64,000 nucleotides of DNA, taken from an uncultured virus (IMG/VR IMGVR_UViG_3300048127_000199) (lineage: Duplodnaviria > Heunggongvirae > Uroviricota > Caudoviricetes). Under the pieces are notes generated by a model. That model did not search any database and had not been told where the DNA came from. It saw only the letters and a program-made list of their open reading frames with translations. The translations under genes were made by a program, and so were the position numbers. The DNA lies in IMG/VR virus record IMGVR_UViG_3300048127_000199. The stretch is one strand, 5' to 3'. Each line of letters starts with the position of its first letter. Position 1 is the first letter of the stretch. This document shows positions 48,683-58,225 of the stretch, in pieces.

Positions 48683-49324
48683 ATGAGTATTGCTTTATGT
48701 ATTACATGTTATGATTTAGATTTTTATTTGCTTGACGGATTACTGGAGCAATTCAAAAACCAAACTGACACTCCTGACGAGATTATAATATCCTCTAGCG
48801 GCATAAAGAATCATTTACTTAAAAAGTATAAAAACGTACAAATTAATAATAAAAACGTCCCAATAAAAAACACAAATCAAGAACAAAGGTGTGTTCAATC
48901 AGTTGCGAGAAACGCTGGAGCATCGATGAGCGAATCTGATTATATTATGTTTTTTGATGTTGACGATATTCCGCATCCTCAAAAAATTGAATTTTGTAAA
49001 CATCACATACAAGGTTACGATTTCTTGCTTCACAACTATCAAATCAACAATTCAAAGTTTGAAAATATTAAATCATTAAATATTGACACATATCATAACT
49101 TCAGTATAAATTCTACTCATACAAATTTAATTGTAGATAATAATTTCGCAATTTGCCACGGGCACCTTACAGTAAAATCAGAAATATTTAAATCATTAAA
49201 GTATCAGCAAATTTCTTTCGGTAAAAAGGAAATGGGAGAAGATGGTAAATTCTGCCAAGACTTAGTGCGCAATGGATACAGGGGCATTTTCCTTAATGTA
49301 CCGCTCATATCTTATAGTCAATGA
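48683..49324 (+). CDS. GT2 glycosyltransferase
   Basis: Q...PDEII, ARNAG, FFDVDD, GED..F. Confidence 0.8.
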   Translation: MSIALCITCYDLDFYLLDGLLEQFKNQTDTPDEIIISSSGIKNHLLKKYKNVQINNKNVPIKNTNQEQRCVQSVARNAGASMSESDYIMFFDVDDIPHPQKIEFCKHHIQGYDFLLHNYQINNSKFENIKSLNIDTYHNFSINSTHTNLIVDNNFAICHGHLTVKSEIFKSLKYQQISFGKKEMGEDGKFCQDLVRNGYRGIFLNVPLISYSQ

Positions 49325-50004
49325 AGTTTTTTAATAAAGACATTTTATTCAGATCCCACCTAGGGCTTGGAGATCAAATATCTTGCTGTGGCATTGTTCA
49401 CTACCTTAGAATTGAACTTCAAAAGAAAATACATGTACTAACTAAAACTCGGAATGTGCAAAATATATCTTTTTTATACAAGGATTACGAAGACATTGAA
49501 GTCGTAGAGATACCAGGAATAAATGAAGATCAAGAATCCAATCAAATATCAAAAGATTTAAATTTAAATGTAATTAGAACTTTAATACCGCATGGCAGAC
49601 ATCTTTCAGATATATACTGGGACAAAGCTTTTTATGACCTCTTAAATTTAGACTACAATATAAAATATACACACTGGTCATCTCCTAAACTTAATGAGCG
49701 GCATATAATTGAAAAATATTGCCCAAAAGAAGATTTCGCCTTCGTTTTTGATGATGAGCGCAGAGGCTTTACATTTCAAGCTTCAACTAACCTACAAGTA
49801 GTAAAAAATATACCAGACTTGAATATTTTTGAAATGGAGCCTATAATAAAAAGAGCTAAAGAGCTTCATATAATGAATGGCGGCCTACTCTGCTTAATTG
49901 AAATGTTAGATATACCAAAAGAAAACCAAAAAGCATTTTTTTACCCGATTAGGGACAATTTAAATTTCAGAAATAAAGAAAAATACAAAATAATTTCTAC
50001 ATGA
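49321..50004 (+). CDS. Glycosyltransferase-like protein (HLGLGD family)
   Basis: HLGLGD, FY, I..AKELH. Confidence 0.55.
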   Translation: MKFFNKDILFRSHLGLGDQISCCGIVHYLRIELQKKIHVLTKTRNVQNISFLYKDYEDIEVVEIPGINEDQESNQISKDLNLNVIRTLIPHGRHLSDIYWDKAFYDLLNLDYNIKYTHWSSPKLNERHIIEKYCPKEDFAFVFDDERRGFTFQASTNLQVVKNIPDLNIFEMEPIIKRAKELHIMNGGLLCLIEMLDIPKENQKAFFYPIRDNLNFRNKEKYKIIST

Positions 50005-50702
50005 AAATAAAAAACGTTATATTATGCGGAACAAACTGGGCAGGCTGCAAAGCCTTAGAGATCCTGCATTCGAGAAAAGATGTAAATCTATATGTTTATA
50101 CAGAGCGAAGACCTTATTATATTAATGATATGGAAAACTACTGTAAAAAATTAAAAATAAATTATTCTTTAGAAAAAATTAAAAAAGAGAACCTTCCTTT
50201 TAATCCAGACATAGTGATTTCAGTATATTACTCTTATATCATTCCAGCGGAGGTATTGACAAAAAACAGCTTCAATCTCCATCCGTCGTTATTGCCAAAA
50301 TACAGAGGTTGTAGTAGTCTAACTTGGGCCTTAATAAATGGAGATAAAGAAGCTGGCTTTACATATCACTTCATGAATGAAAAAATCGATGATGGTAAAA
50401 TAATTCTTCAAGAAAGAGTATTAATAGAGGAATTCGATACTCAAGAAACCTTATATCAAAGAACAATGTTTGAAGCCTTAAAATTTTTCAATAAAGTGTT
50501 ATCGTTAATTGAAAATGGTTACGCAGGCTCAGAACAAAAAGGAACCATAACATATAATAAAAGAGGCTGCCCTCATAGCGGAGAAATAGATGAATCCTGG
50601 GCCATTGACAAAAAAGAGCGTTTTATAAGAGCCATGATATACCCTCCTTTAAAATGTGCAACATATAAAGGGAAAGAAATTAAGTCGATAAATGAACTTT
50701 AA
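50001..50702 (+). CDS. N10-formyl-THF-dependent sugar N-formyltransferase
   Basis: FNLHPSLLPKYRG, G.T.H......DDG.II.Q. Confidence 0.85.
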   Translation: MKIKNVILCGTNWAGCKALEILHSRKDVNLYVYTERRPYYINDMENYCKKLKINYSLEKIKKENLPFNPDIVISVYYSYIIPAEVLTKNSFNLHPSLLPKYRGCSSLTWALINGDKEAGFTYHFMNEKIDDGKIILQERVLIEEFDTQETLYQRTMFEALKFFNKVLSLIENGYAGSEQKGTITYNKRGCPHSGEIDESWAIDKKERFIRAMIYPPLKCATYKGKEIKSINEL

Positions 50703-50748
50703 ATTTTAAAATTATGGAAATAAATAAATTTAACTATATAATAATATT

Positions 50749-51057
50749 ATGGCAGATACAATAGGCAGTTTAATAGATAAATTAATTACAGCTGATCTTA
50801 AAATGTGGAATAATCAAGAGATTTATTACGCAATTAGACACATGGATTTCGATCAATTCAAAAAAGAATACTTGTCTAACGAAAAAGATCAAGAAGCGAT
50901 CTTTAATTGTTTCAAAAAAGTTGCAGACCTTAATGTCCAAAGAAATTCAATTATCGATGAGATAGATGAAAAAATCATAGACATTATAAAATCTGGCTTA
51001 TCTGGAAAAGATTTAGATGACGGAAAGTTTATTCAACGAAAACACAAAACTTATTAA
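50749..51057 (+). CDS. DUF4254-like helical protein
   Basis: TIGSLIDKL....LKMW, LN.QRN..IDEID, K.Y end. Confidence 0.55.
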   Translation: MADTIGSLIDKLITADLKMWNNQEIYYAIRHMDFDQFKKEYLSNEKDQEAIFNCFKKVADLNVQRNSIIDEIDEKIIDIIKSGLSGKDLDDGKFIQRKHKTY

Positions 51058-51087
51058 AAAAATATCAGTCGAATTTAGCGGCAGACA

Positions 51088-52218
51088 ATGATACCAATTT
51101 ACAAGCCTTATTTACCTCCCAATAGTCTGCGATATGCGCACGAAGCTATAGATTCTGGCTGGATATCTTCTCAAGGAAAATACGTCTCTCAGGCAGAAGA
51201 TATGGTTAAAGAAAAAAATCAATCTAAATTCGCCCTCTTAACCAATAGCGGAACTTCTGCGACCCATTTACTTTCTATAGGTCTAAAGCACAAATACCCT
51301 GACATAGATACATTGATTGTTCCAAACGGCGTATATGTTGCCGCGTGGAATAGCTTTATGATGTCAGAAGATTATATTTTTAGAGTTGCCGAAATGAATC
51401 CAGACACCTGGAACTCAAACTATATTGACGCAATACATGCAGAGCATAACCTAAAAGACATCATGCCTCATTTAGATCACGCAAGAATGATCGGCGTTCT
51501 CGTCGTTCACAATCTTGGGAATATAGTAAATGTACCTAAAATTCAAAACAGCATTCGCGATTGGAGTAATCGTACCATTTTTGTTGAAGATAATTGCGAG
51601 GGTTTTTTAGGTTCGTACAACAACACCTTAAGCGGTAACGCTTCATTACTTTCTTCTGTCTCTTTTTTTGGAAATAAAACCATAACAAGTGGCGAGGGCG
51701 GAGCAGTTTTCACTAATGACGAAGAATTATTTGAGCACCTCAACTCCGTTAAAAATCAAGGAAACTGTTCTGGTAATTATATTTTCAATAAATTAGGTTA
51801 CAATTATCGCATGACCAATGTTCAAGCTGCCATACTCCTAGGGCAACTAGAAATCTTAGATGAAATATTGGAAAAAAAGCGGACAATATTCAATACTTAT
51901 AAACAAGAATTGTGCATGGTTGATGAAGTAGATTTTCAGGAAGCCGAAGTAGATACATCACATTCAAATTGGATGTTTTCTATAAAATGCAAATTAAAAT
52001 CAGCGGCAGATTTACAATTAAATTTATACAGAAACAAGATTGACTCACGCAGTATGTTCCCACCAATAAATCAGCACAAACACTTAAGTCAATACCCTAA
52101 TGACTGTGTCGCAGATGAGCTATGGAAGAGCGTTTTAATGTTGCCCAGCTACCCTGAATTGACAAAGCCTGAGGTTGTATACATTTGCAAACATATTAAA
52201 GATTATTTTAAACAATAG
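51088..52218 (+). CDS. DegT/DnrJ PLP aminotransferase, perosamine synthase-like
   Basis: SGWISSQG, NSGTSA.HL, EDNCE, SFFGNKTITSGEGG, GYNYRMTN.QAA, LPSYP. Confidence 0.9.
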   Translation: MIPIYKPYLPPNSLRYAHEAIDSGWISSQGKYVSQAEDMVKEKNQSKFALLTNSGTSATHLLSIGLKHKYPDIDTLIVPNGVYVAAWNSFMMSEDYIFRVAEMNPDTWNSNYIDAIHAEHNLKDIMPHLDHARMIGVLVVHNLGNIVNVPKIQNSIRDWSNRTIFVEDNCEGFLGSYNNTLSGNASLLSSVSFFGNKTITSGEGGAVFTNDEELFEHLNSVKNQGNCSGNYIFNKLGYNYRMTNVQAAILLGQLEILDEILEKKRTIFNTYKQELCMVDEVDFQEAEVDTSHSNWMFSIKCKLKSAADLQLNLYRNKIDSRSMFPPINQHKHLSQYPNDCVADELWKSVLMLPSYPELTKPEVVYICKHIKDYFKQ

Positions 52219-52227
52219 CTTTACTAA

Positions 52228-53088
52228 ATGAGAAAATGTCACTTTAGCATTCTTTACAATGAACTTCCATTTTTAAAACAAAAAATGGATTTTCTGTATG
52301 ATAATTTTGATCAATTAATTTTTTATGATTTAAATGTAGGAACTCCAAACTTCCATTTCTCTACCGATGGATCTCATGAGTTTATAAAAGATTATCCAGA
52401 TCCAGATAGCAAAATTATTTTAATCGAAAAGACTGATCTGTCCGATGTAACAAATTTCAAAGGAGACGGCTCTTTTCAGAAAAGAAAAATGTTTGCAGTT
52501 GGATCATCTTATGTTCGGGATGATATTGATTCTTTTTGGTGCTTTGATTTAGATGAATTTTTCAACAAGTCATTACTTGAAAAAGTTGATGACATTTTTA
52601 AAAAAAACCTAGAAGTAAACTCCATTGAAATAGATCATTATGTTTTTTTAAAGGATCATAAAACAATCACTGTTGATGAGCAATCAGATAGATGGAACTT
52701 TTTCTCTAGAATTGCGAGACATAAACCAGGAAATATTTACGGACACTGCAACATTTCTTCACAATATTGCAATAGTTGTAAAGTAGAAGATGAATCATGT
52801 TATCATTTTGCATGGGTAGGTGAGACTAGGGTAAAGAGTAAAATTAATCATTACACAAAACCACCAACAGGAAACTCGAATAATATTCCACTATATGAAA
52901 AATGGACTAAAAATGTTTGGAATAAGTTTGAAGATTTTAAATCAAAAATAAAATCTGATGATATCTTTGGGTATCCTAATATGCATCCATCATTACCTAA
53001 GGGACTTAAACAATACTGCGGAGATTATCCTGAGTATATAAATTTAAATGAAATGATAAAAGACTTAAATAAAGATACACCACTTTAA
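52228..53088 (+). CDS. GT2-like glycosyltransferase
   Basis: YNE, STDGS, W..DLDEF, YHFAW. Confidence 0.7.
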   Translation: MRKCHFSILYNELPFLKQKMDFLYDNFDQLIFYDLNVGTPNFHFSTDGSHEFIKDYPDPDSKIILIEKTDLSDVTNFKGDGSFQKRKMFAVGSSYVRDDIDSFWCFDLDEFFNKSLLEKVDDIFKKNLEVNSIEIDHYVFLKDHKTITVDEQSDRWNFFSRIARHKPGNIYGHCNISSQYCNSCKVEDESCYHFAWVGETRVKSKINHYTKPPTGNSNNIPLYEKWTKNVWNKFEDFKSKIKSDDIFGYPNMHPSLPKGLKQYCGDYPEYINLNEMIKDLNKDTPL

Positions 53089-53119
53089 AAACCTTAATAA
53101 TGTAATATAATTTTATAGA

Positions 53120-54172
53120 ATGAAAAAAATAATTATAACAGGAGTAACGGGTCAAGATGGTAGCCACATGGTGGACTATCTTTTGAAATTATTTAAACAA
53201 GAATTTGGTAAAACTGATTTCATGCTTTACGGCACTGCGCGCAGGCTTAGCGTTAAAAATCATGAAAATATTTTGCATTTAGAAGATGAGCCTAGATTTC
53301 AACTAATTAATATGGATTTAAACGACGCCCATAGTATTCGAGATGTAGTCATTGACATTCAGCCAGATTATTTTATTAACTTTGCAGCTCAATCTTTCGT
53401 TGCAGGTAGCTGGGAATACCCTATTCAAACATGGGATACAGACGCAAGCTCGGTGTTGCATATACTTGAATCTATCCGTAGATTTGCTCCTCATTGCCGA
53501 TTTTATAACGCAGGTTCTTCTGAGGAGTTTGGCGATGTCGTATATACGCCACAAGATGAAAATCATCCGCTACTACCTCAGTCTCCATATGGTGCAGCCA
53601 AGTGTGCCGCAAGGCATATCGTTAGAGTTTATAGAGAGTCATATGGCCTATATGCAGTGCAAGGCTGGTTATTTAACCATGAAGGTTCGAGAAGAGGGTT
53701 GGATTTTGTTACTCGTAAAATCACCCATACAATTGCCAAGATAAAAATTGCCCTCGAAAATAATAAACCTCTACCGATTCTTAAACTTGGCAACTTAGAA
53801 GCTCAGAGGGACTGGAGCGATGCAGAAGATTTTATGGAAGGAGTTTGGTTAATGTTAAATCAAGATAAGCCAGAGAATTATGTTTTAGGGAGTGGGGAAA
53901 TGTTTACGGTGAGACATTTCTTAAATACATGCTTAAGTCATGCTGATATTAAATTTTATCCTGAAGGAGAAAGTGACTCAGAAAAATATTATACCGAATC
54001 TGGACAGTTATTTTTTGAAGTTGACCCGAAGTTTTATCGACCAGCAGAAGTCCACAAACTTTGCGGAGATCCATCTAAAGCAGAATCTGAGTTAGGCTGG
54101 AAGCGAAAGACTTCATTTGAACATTTAGTGCTTAAAATGTATAATAATGATTATGCAATTTTAAATGGATAA
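53120..54172 (+). CDS. gmd: GDP-mannose 4,6-dehydratase
   Basis: ITGVTGQDGS, AAQSFV, SSEEFG, SPYGAAK, FNHE..RR...FVTRKI, RDW, RPAEV. Confidence 0.95.
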   Translation: MKKIIITGVTGQDGSHMVDYLLKLFKQEFGKTDFMLYGTARRLSVKNHENILHLEDEPRFQLINMDLNDAHSIRDVVIDIQPDYFINFAAQSFVAGSWEYPIQTWDTDASSVLHILESIRRFAPHCRFYNAGSSEEFGDVVYTPQDENHPLLPQSPYGAAKCAARHIVRVYRESYGLYAVQGWLFNHEGSRRGLDFVTRKITHTIAKIKIALENNKPLPILKLGNLEAQRDWSDAEDFMEGVWLMLNQDKPENYVLGSGEMFTVRHFLNTCLSHADIKFYPEGESDSEKYYTESGQLFFEVDPKFYRPAEVHKLCGDPSKAESELGWKRKTSFEHLVLKMYNNDYAILNG

Positions 54173-55112
54173 AAAATCTAAAATTTTTATTGCAGGGCAT
54201 AAAGGCATGGTAGGTTCCGCAGTCCTTAATTTGCTCAAAAAATCTGGTTATGAAAATATCATTACCCGATCCAGAAGCGAGCTGGATTTAAGAGACCAAA
54301 GTAAAGTTCACTCCTTTTTTAAAAATAATTCAATTGACGCAGTGATTTTATGCGCCGCAAAAGTTGGAGGAATTGAATCTAATAATGTTTATAGAGCGGA
54401 TTTTCTATATGATAATTTACAAATTGCCACAAATATAATTAAATCAGCTCACAATTCCTCAGTTAAAAAATTAATTAATTTAGGATCTTCTTGCATTTAC
54501 CCTAAAAGCCCAAAACTGCCTATAACAGAAGAGCAGTTACTGACTGGACTTCTAGAGAAAACGAACGAGCCTTATGCCGTTGCAAAAATTGCAGCTCTCA
54601 AAATGTGCGAAGCCTACTATCACCAATATGGAGACAATTTTTATTCCATAATGCCATGCAACCTTTATGGCGAGAATGATAATTTCGACCTATACAGCTC
54701 TCATGTCTTACCCGCGTTAATCAATAAGTTTCACACAGCGAAGCAAGATGAATTGGGGTTTGTTAAGATTTGGGGCTCAGGTAAACCAAGAAGAGAGTTT
54801 CTTCATGTAAGAGACTTAGCGAGCGCAATTTTGTTATGCCTTCAGAAAATTAACGCCGAAGATATTTATAAATATAATATTTCGCATTTAAATTGTGGAT
54901 CTTATCAAGAATTTTCTATACTTGAATTAGCTAATATAATTAAATCTATAGTAGGGTTTCGTGGGGAAATCAGATATGACAAAACGAAGCCAGATGGAAC
55001 TTTTAGAAAATTAATGAACAGCAATCGTATGTTCAAATTTGGCTTTACTCCATCAATAGCCTTAACAGAAGGCATTCGCCAAACATACAACTGGTATCTT
55101 AAAAATGTCTGA
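54165..55112 (+). CDS. fcl: GDP-L-fucose synthase
   Basis: AGHKGMVGS, AAKVGGI, GSSCIYP, YAVAK, SHVLPAL, WGSG.P.REF, KPDG. Confidence 0.95.
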   Translation: MDKKSKIFIAGHKGMVGSAVLNLLKKSGYENIITRSRSELDLRDQSKVHSFFKNNSIDAVILCAAKVGGIESNNVYRADFLYDNLQIATNIIKSAHNSSVKKLINLGSSCIYPKSPKLPITEEQLLTGLLEKTNEPYAVAKIAALKMCEAYYHQYGDNFYSIMPCNLYGENDNFDLYSSHVLPALINKFHTAKQDELGFVKIWGSGKPRREFLHVRDLASAILLCLQKINAEDIYKYNISHLNCGSYQEFSILELANIIKSIVGFRGEIRYDKTKPDGTFRKLMNSNRMFKFGFTPSIALTEGIRQTYNWYLKNV

Positions 55113-55344
55113 CAAATATACTGGCCCAAGAGATTTTGATGAGCAAACCGATGCATTTCGTTTTGATCTTGATGATATGTGTGATAGATATTTAGAAGAG
55201 TTTGACATTAATGTTTTTACAATAGCTGGAGCTTTGATGGAAAAAATTAAAGAGTTACTTGGAGACGATATAGTTTTTAATTTAGATGAGCCAGATGAAG
55301 AAGAAGATGATGAAAACCTTGACGATTTTAATCTAGATGGATAG
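55105..55344 (+). CDS. Small very acidic protein
   Basis: D/E-rich; ends DEPDEEEDDENLDDFNLDG. Confidence 0.65.
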   Translation: MSDKYTGPRDFDEQTDAFRFDLDDMCDRYLEEFDINVFTIAGALMEKIKELLGDDIVFNLDEPDEEEDDENLDDFNLDG

Positions 55345-55501
55345 AAATAAAAAATACCAACAAACAGATAAAGGGAAAGAATCATTATCTAGAGCTAGAA
55401 AAAAATATGATGAAGCAGACAAGGAAAAACGTAGGCAACAGAAGCGAGATTACATGCGTCGCAAAAGAGAAGAAGACCCGAATTATTGCAAGTGGAAATA
55501 A
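55337..55501 (+). CDS. 54-aa basic protein (not in ORF track)
   Basis: MDRNKKYQQTDKGKESLSRARKKYDEADKEKRRQQKRDYMRRKREEDPNYCKWK*; overlaps the acidic gene. Confidence 0.55.
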   Translation: MDRNKKYQQTDKGKESLSRARKKYDEADKEKRRQQKRDYMRRKREEDPNYCKWK

Positions 55502-55539
55502 AAACGGTGTAATTTAATCATAATTGTCTATTGATTGTT

Positions 55540-57810
55540 ATGAAAATTTTAATCTTATTGTTTTTATCTTCAATTTTCTGTTTTGGGGATACGCTATATT
55601 TTAATAACGGAAAAAATCTGAAAGGCGATATTGTAGAGGCGAATGCTACACACGCGTTAATTAAAAGATCAAGTGATCTGCAATTATTCAGGATTTCAAT
55701 TGATTCTTTAACAAAAGACAACCAAGCTTATATTAAAAATAATTTTCCACCCAGTCATGAAGCCTTGCCTAAATTTAAAAGACCATTATCTGATAGAGAT
55801 TTAAAAACTCATGCTTATTATATTGATAGCTTAATTGAAGCAAAACTCAGAGGATATAATCTTAGGCCAAATAAGGAGGTCGATGATGCTATATATTTAC
55901 GTAGAGCATATCTTAAAATTATCGGGAGGACCCCTTCTTTAGCAGAAGTAAACTCTTTTTTTGATGATAAAGATAAAAATAAAAGATCAAAATTAGTTGA
56001 TCAGTTATTAGGTAGTGAAGGATATGTAAGTCACTGGTTTAATTTTTGGGCGGATATATTAAGAATTAAAGATAGGTTAACCAATAGAATATCTGGAGTG
56101 CCTTATAAGAATTATGTAAAAGAGTTTATATCAAATAACAGACCATACGATGAATGGGTTAGAGAAATGTTATCCTCATCAGGCTCTCTATGGGTTAAAG
56201 GCAACGAAGGAGTAAGTTATTTTGCTCGTGATGTCAATATGCCTCTTGATAGCATGGCTAACACAGTACGTATTTTTTTAGGCACAAGCCTCGAGTGCGC
56301 CCAATGCCATGACCATCCTTTTGATCGTTGGACTCAAAAACAATTTTACGAAATGGCTGCATTCACAAGTGGTTCGACTAATTTGAGAACAAAAAGTCCA
56401 GAAAATTTAAGTGTCTTAAATAGATTAGCGAGAGATGAAAGAAGAAAATTAGAGCAGTCCGATCAACCTCAAAAATCTAGACAGCTACAAAATAGCATAA
56501 GAGATATCCAAGATATTTTGCAAACTGGATTAACGAGTTTAGGTAACGGAAAGATCAGTTTGCCTAAAGATTATCAGTATGATAATGCAAAACCTAATGA
56601 AGCTTTACTAGGGAAAACGATTTTCGGTAAAGAGGTAGATATTAAAACTGTTGCTCCAAATGCAGGTTCTAGGGAAATTTATGCTAATTGGTTGGCGTCT
56701 GAATCAAATCCAAGATTTACAGCTGTTATTGTAAATCGCTTGTGGAAGGAAGTTTTTGGATTAGCTTTAATAGAGCCAATTGATAATATGTTCGATGACA
56801 CTCTTGCTACCGACCCAAAATTGCAATTACATCTAGAAAAAGTCATGGTTGCCTTAAATTATGATTTAAGAGAGTTTTTAAGAATATTGTATAACACTAA
56901 AACATTCCAAAAAGAGTCTGTAACCAGAGATGTAATACCTAAGGATAATAAAGATCAATCTATGCCTGTAGAAGTTGAGTGGATTATCGCAGGGCCAAAT
57001 ACCAAAGCTCAGTCTAAAGGAGCTGTCCCTTATTTTTATCAAGGGCCGATATTAGAAAGAATGAGTGGGGAGCAAATTTGGGATTCTTTAGTAAATTTAA
57101 CATTTGATAATATAGATTCTAGAAAATTAGAGCAGAATACAAAAGGCTATGAACAATTCGAAACTCTTTCGTCTATGACTGGAGAAGAATTATTTAAAGA
57201 TATAATGGCTAAAATAAATAAAACTGAAAGGCCTAAAGAGGCAAGTAAAACAAAATTTGGTAAACCTATAAATACTGATTGTCCTATTAAGCCTGGTAGA
57301 GCAATCGACCCAACGTTGTTAGCTTTAAACGAAAATGGAGAAACTTTAGCATTTTGTTGTGAATCTTGCGTAGATAAATACAAATCTCAAAAGAAAGTCA
57401 GAGAGCAACAATACAAGCAGAATTTTGTGAAAGATAGAAATTCAGTTAGAGCCTCCGAACTATCTTCTCCTGCTCCGATTGGTCATTTAATCAGAGAGTT
57501 TGGTGGCTCAGATAGAGAGCAGATCGAAAATGCAGAAAACAGCGCCTCGGCGACACAGGTATTAAATTTATTAAACGGCTTCGTTGAAACAAGACTATTG
57601 AAAAATAAAAACTTTGAAGTTATTAAAGCAATTGAATCCCAAAAGGCGTTAAGTGATAAAATAACAGTAGGTTATAAATATATATTAAACCGAGAGCCTA
57701 CTTCTAAAGAATTAAGGATATTTACTGATAATTTAAAAAATACGAAAGATGCATATAAAGAAATAATATGGGTATTAATTAATAGTCATGAATTTATGTT
57801 TGTTAGGTAA
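55540..57810 (+). CDS. DUF1549/DUF1553 (planctomycete PSD1-type) secreted protein with CxxCH and a YHS-like insertion
   Basis: Signal peptide; YLRRAYL..IGRTP, WADILR, N.PYD..VRE.L, FLGTSLECAQCHDHPF, NP.F..VIVNRLW...FG, CPI...FCC..C, W.LINSHEF. Confidence 0.9.
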   Translation: MKILILLFLSSIFCFGDTLYFNNGKNLKGDIVEANATHALIKRSSDLQLFRISIDSLTKDNQAYIKNNFPPSHEALPKFKRPLSDRDLKTHAYYIDSLIEAKLRGYNLRPNKEVDDAIYLRRAYLKIIGRTPSLAEVNSFFDDKDKNKRSKLVDQLLGSEGYVSHWFNFWADILRIKDRLTNRISGVPYKNYVKEFISNNRPYDEWVREMLSSSGSLWVKGNEGVSYFARDVNMPLDSMANTVRIFLGTSLECAQCHDHPFDRWTQKQFYEMAAFTSGSTNLRTKSPENLSVLNRLARDERRKLEQSDQPQKSRQLQNSIRDIQDILQTGLTSLGNGKISLPKDYQYDNAKPNEALLGKTIFGKEVDIKTVAPNAGSREIYANWLASESNPRFTAVIVNRLWKEVFGLALIEPIDNMFDDTLATDPKLQLHLEKVMVALNYDLREFLRILYNTKTFQKESVTRDVIPKDNKDQSMPVEVEWIIAGPNTKAQSKGAVPYFYQGPILERMSGEQIWDSLVNLTFDNIDSRKLEQNTKGYEQFETLSSMTGEELFKDIMAKINKTERPKEASKTKFGKPINTDCPIKPGRAIDPTLLALNENGETLAFCCESCVDKYKSQKKVREQQYKQNFVKDRNSVRASELSSPAPIGHLIREFGGSDREQIENAENSASATQVLNLLNGFVETRLLKNKNFEVIKAIESQKALSDKITVGYKYILNREPTSKELRIFTDNLKNTKDAYKEIIWVLINSHEFMFVR

Positions 57811-58172
57811 TCCCATCTATTATATTTAAAAAAATAAATCATATCATCTTTTATATAAATCCAACCCCATTTCTCTGTATAAAAATACCCTTTATAGCTT
57901 GGAGCATTATATATCCATCCTAATTTTTCAGAATACAACCAACTTCTAGAAATAGATTTTTTGTAAGTTCCATAAACTCTCCCCAAAGTTTTCATTGTGA
58001 ACCACAAGCCTTTCGGTTTTTTACCGCATCTTGCCATCCATTCGCCAAGATCTAACGGTTGAGTAGATTTAGCTTGATTTTTGCACCAATCGCAATTATC
58101 TAGAAAATCTTTTCTTTCCACCCTTGCTTCTAGACAAATATATATTAATATAAAAAGAAGCGAAAACCTCAT
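57786..58172 (-). CDS. Secreted Trp/Tyr-repeat protein
   Basis: Signal peptide; repeats WLYSEKLGWIY / FYTEKWGWIY; GTGTAA-N8-ATG. Confidence 0.6.
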   Translation of the reverse strand: MRFSLLFILIYICLEARVERKDFLDNCDWCKNQAKSTQPLDLGEWMARCGKKPKGLWFTMKTLGRVYGTYKKSISRSWLYSEKLGWIYNAPSYKGYFYTEKWGWIYIKDDMIYFFKYNRWDYLTNINS

Positions 58173-58180
58173 ATATTATA

Positions 58181-58215
58181 TTACACTTGTGTTGATTTTT
58201 CTTTAAAATGTGTAA
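58181..58215. promoter_or_regulatory. Divergent pair of GTGTAA motifs
   Basis: TTACAC 58181-58186 (8 nt from minus ATG 58172); GTGTAA 58210-58215 (10 nt from ATG 58226). Confidence 0.65.
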
Positions 58216-58225
58216 TAATAATATT

